Position numbers and translations under genes: made by a program. Shown here piece by piece: positions 62,701 to 64,000 of a stretch of 64,000 bases of DNA (its first letter is position 1; every line of letters starts with the position of its first letter). The notes under the pieces are model-generated. The model ran no database searches. It was not told where the DNA came from and saw only the letters and a program-made list of their open reading frames with translations. This DNA is from Laetmonice hystrix (taxonomy: Eukaryota), in the NCBI GenBank assembly GCA_965235115.1, contig OZ249436.1, forward strand, positions 42,844,001-42,908,000. The letters run 5' to 3'.

Positions 62701-63613
62701 AGGTTAGGTTTAGTGGTGAGGGCAAGGCTAGAGATAGGGATAATTTCCTGGGGACAGGTATAGGCACTGAGGTTAGGTTTAGTGGTAAGGGCAAGGCTAG
62801 GGGTAGGGATACTTTCCTGGGGACAAGTCTGGGCACTGAGGTTAGGTTTAGTGGTAAGGGCAAGGCTAGGGATAGGGATAATTTCCTGGGGACAAGTCTG
62901 GGCACTGAGGTTAGGTTTAGTGGTAAGGGCAAGGCTAAGGATAGGGATACTTTCCTGGAGACAAGTCTGGGCACTGAGGTTAGGTTTAGTGGTAAGGGCA
63001 AGGCTAGGGATAGGGATACTTTCCTGGAGACAAGTCTGGGTACTGAGGTTAGGTTTAGTGGTAAGGGCAAGGCTAGGGGTAGGGATACTTTTCTGGGGAC
63101 AAGTCTGGGTACTGAGGTTAGGTTTAGTGGTAAGGGCACGGCTAGGGATTGGGATACTTTTCTGGGGACAGGTATAGGCACTGAGGTTAGGTTTAGTGGT
63201 AAGGCCAAGGCTAGGGATTGGGATACTTTCCTGGGGACAGGTATAGGCACTGAGGTTAGGTTTAGTGGTACGGGCAAGGCTAGGGGTAGGGATACTTTTC
63301 TGGGGACAAGTCTGGGTACTGAGGTTAGGTTTAGTGGTAAGGGCACGGCTAGGGATAGGGATATTTTCCTGGGGACAATTCTGGGCACTGAGGTTAGGTT
63401 GAGTGGTACGGGCAAGGCTAGGGGTAGGGATAATTTCCTGGGGACAAGTTTGGGGAATAAGGTTAGGTTTAGTGGTATGGGCAAGGCTAGGGGTAGGGAT
63501 AATTTTCTGGGGACAAGTTTGGGGAATAAGGTTAGGGTTTGGTTTGGGGCTAGGAATGGGAATAGATTTGTAGTTCTGTCGTCAGATTTCGTAGTGATTT
63601 TACCATGAGAGAT
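59784..63613 (+). mobile_element. G-core TIR family element, copy F, carrying an internal 69-bp satellite of about 54 copies (about 59800-63540)
   Basis: Unit GGGCACTGAGGTTAGGTTTAGTGGTAAGGGCAAGGCTAGGGATAGGGATACTTTCCTGGGGACAAGTCT. The right end ATTTCGTAGTGATTTTACCATGAGAGAT is near the reverse complement of the left end of copy B. The array is certain; the element boundaries are inferred. Confidence 0.65.
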
Positions 63614-64000
63614 CATGCGCCTCATGCCACATATGTTGTAGTTACAAATTGTTATGTAATCCAATAACTGCTAGCGATGAGCAGATGGTCCGCTCAGCTG
63701 GCTGGGAGTGGGTTGGGTCAGTTGGCGGAAGGGTCTCGAGAGTGAGTAGTGGGAGTAGATTTTAAAAGGTAGTGGTACTTATGGTAGACATTCGAATCGC
63801 CCTGCGCGAAGACATTCGCTACTTTAGGCATTTGGGGGGGGAGCGTATTCTCTCAGAAGATGTTGAAGAAATAGACATCAAATGGTGCATTCTGGCGGCA
63901 AATTTTGTACAGTTTGAAGATTTGAGACTTGCTGTTGCTGATGATGACGGTGTGTGGGTGTGTGGGTGTGCGTGGGGGGAAGGGTGCCCAGGTAGCGGAA

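Noticed and set aside
59636..63664. 1342-aa ORF and overlapping long ORFs
   Set aside because: This is read-through of a 69-bp (multiple of 3) satellite. The translation flips between two repeat frames at indels, and the opposite strand is also open, which is not how a selected gene behaves.

Overview
This is eukaryotic, almost certainly animal (probably invertebrate), non-coding genomic DNA. I see no prokaryotic gene organisation, no rRNA or tRNA gene and no CRISPR array. About 40-45% of the window (my rough sum of array lengths) is made of about 30 mutually unrelated mini- and microsatellite arrays. Between them lie many short non-autonomous TIR elements (MITEs), a tRNA-SINE-like fragment and scattered regulatory motifs (CTCF-like, CRE, CCAAT, ETS). 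Only one convincing protein-coding exon is visible (+ strand, about 21166-21457, product unidentified); nearly all long ORFs in the track are read-throughs of tandem repeats. Four observations stand out. (1) At 20.9-23.3 kb, short GG(C/T)C(C) insertions with TA duplication (TAGGCCTA-type) hit at least six different TA sites inside two tandem arrays, resembling transposon excision footprints. (2) A 29-bp array starts exactly at the exon donor, and each unit reads like a complete mini-intron. (3) A dispersed TIR-bounded family with a G-rich core occurs six times, always in the same orientation, and has expanded into two different large satellites. (4) One minisatellite multiplies a CTCF-like motif. 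All coordinates and counts were read by eye, so array boundaries are approximate.
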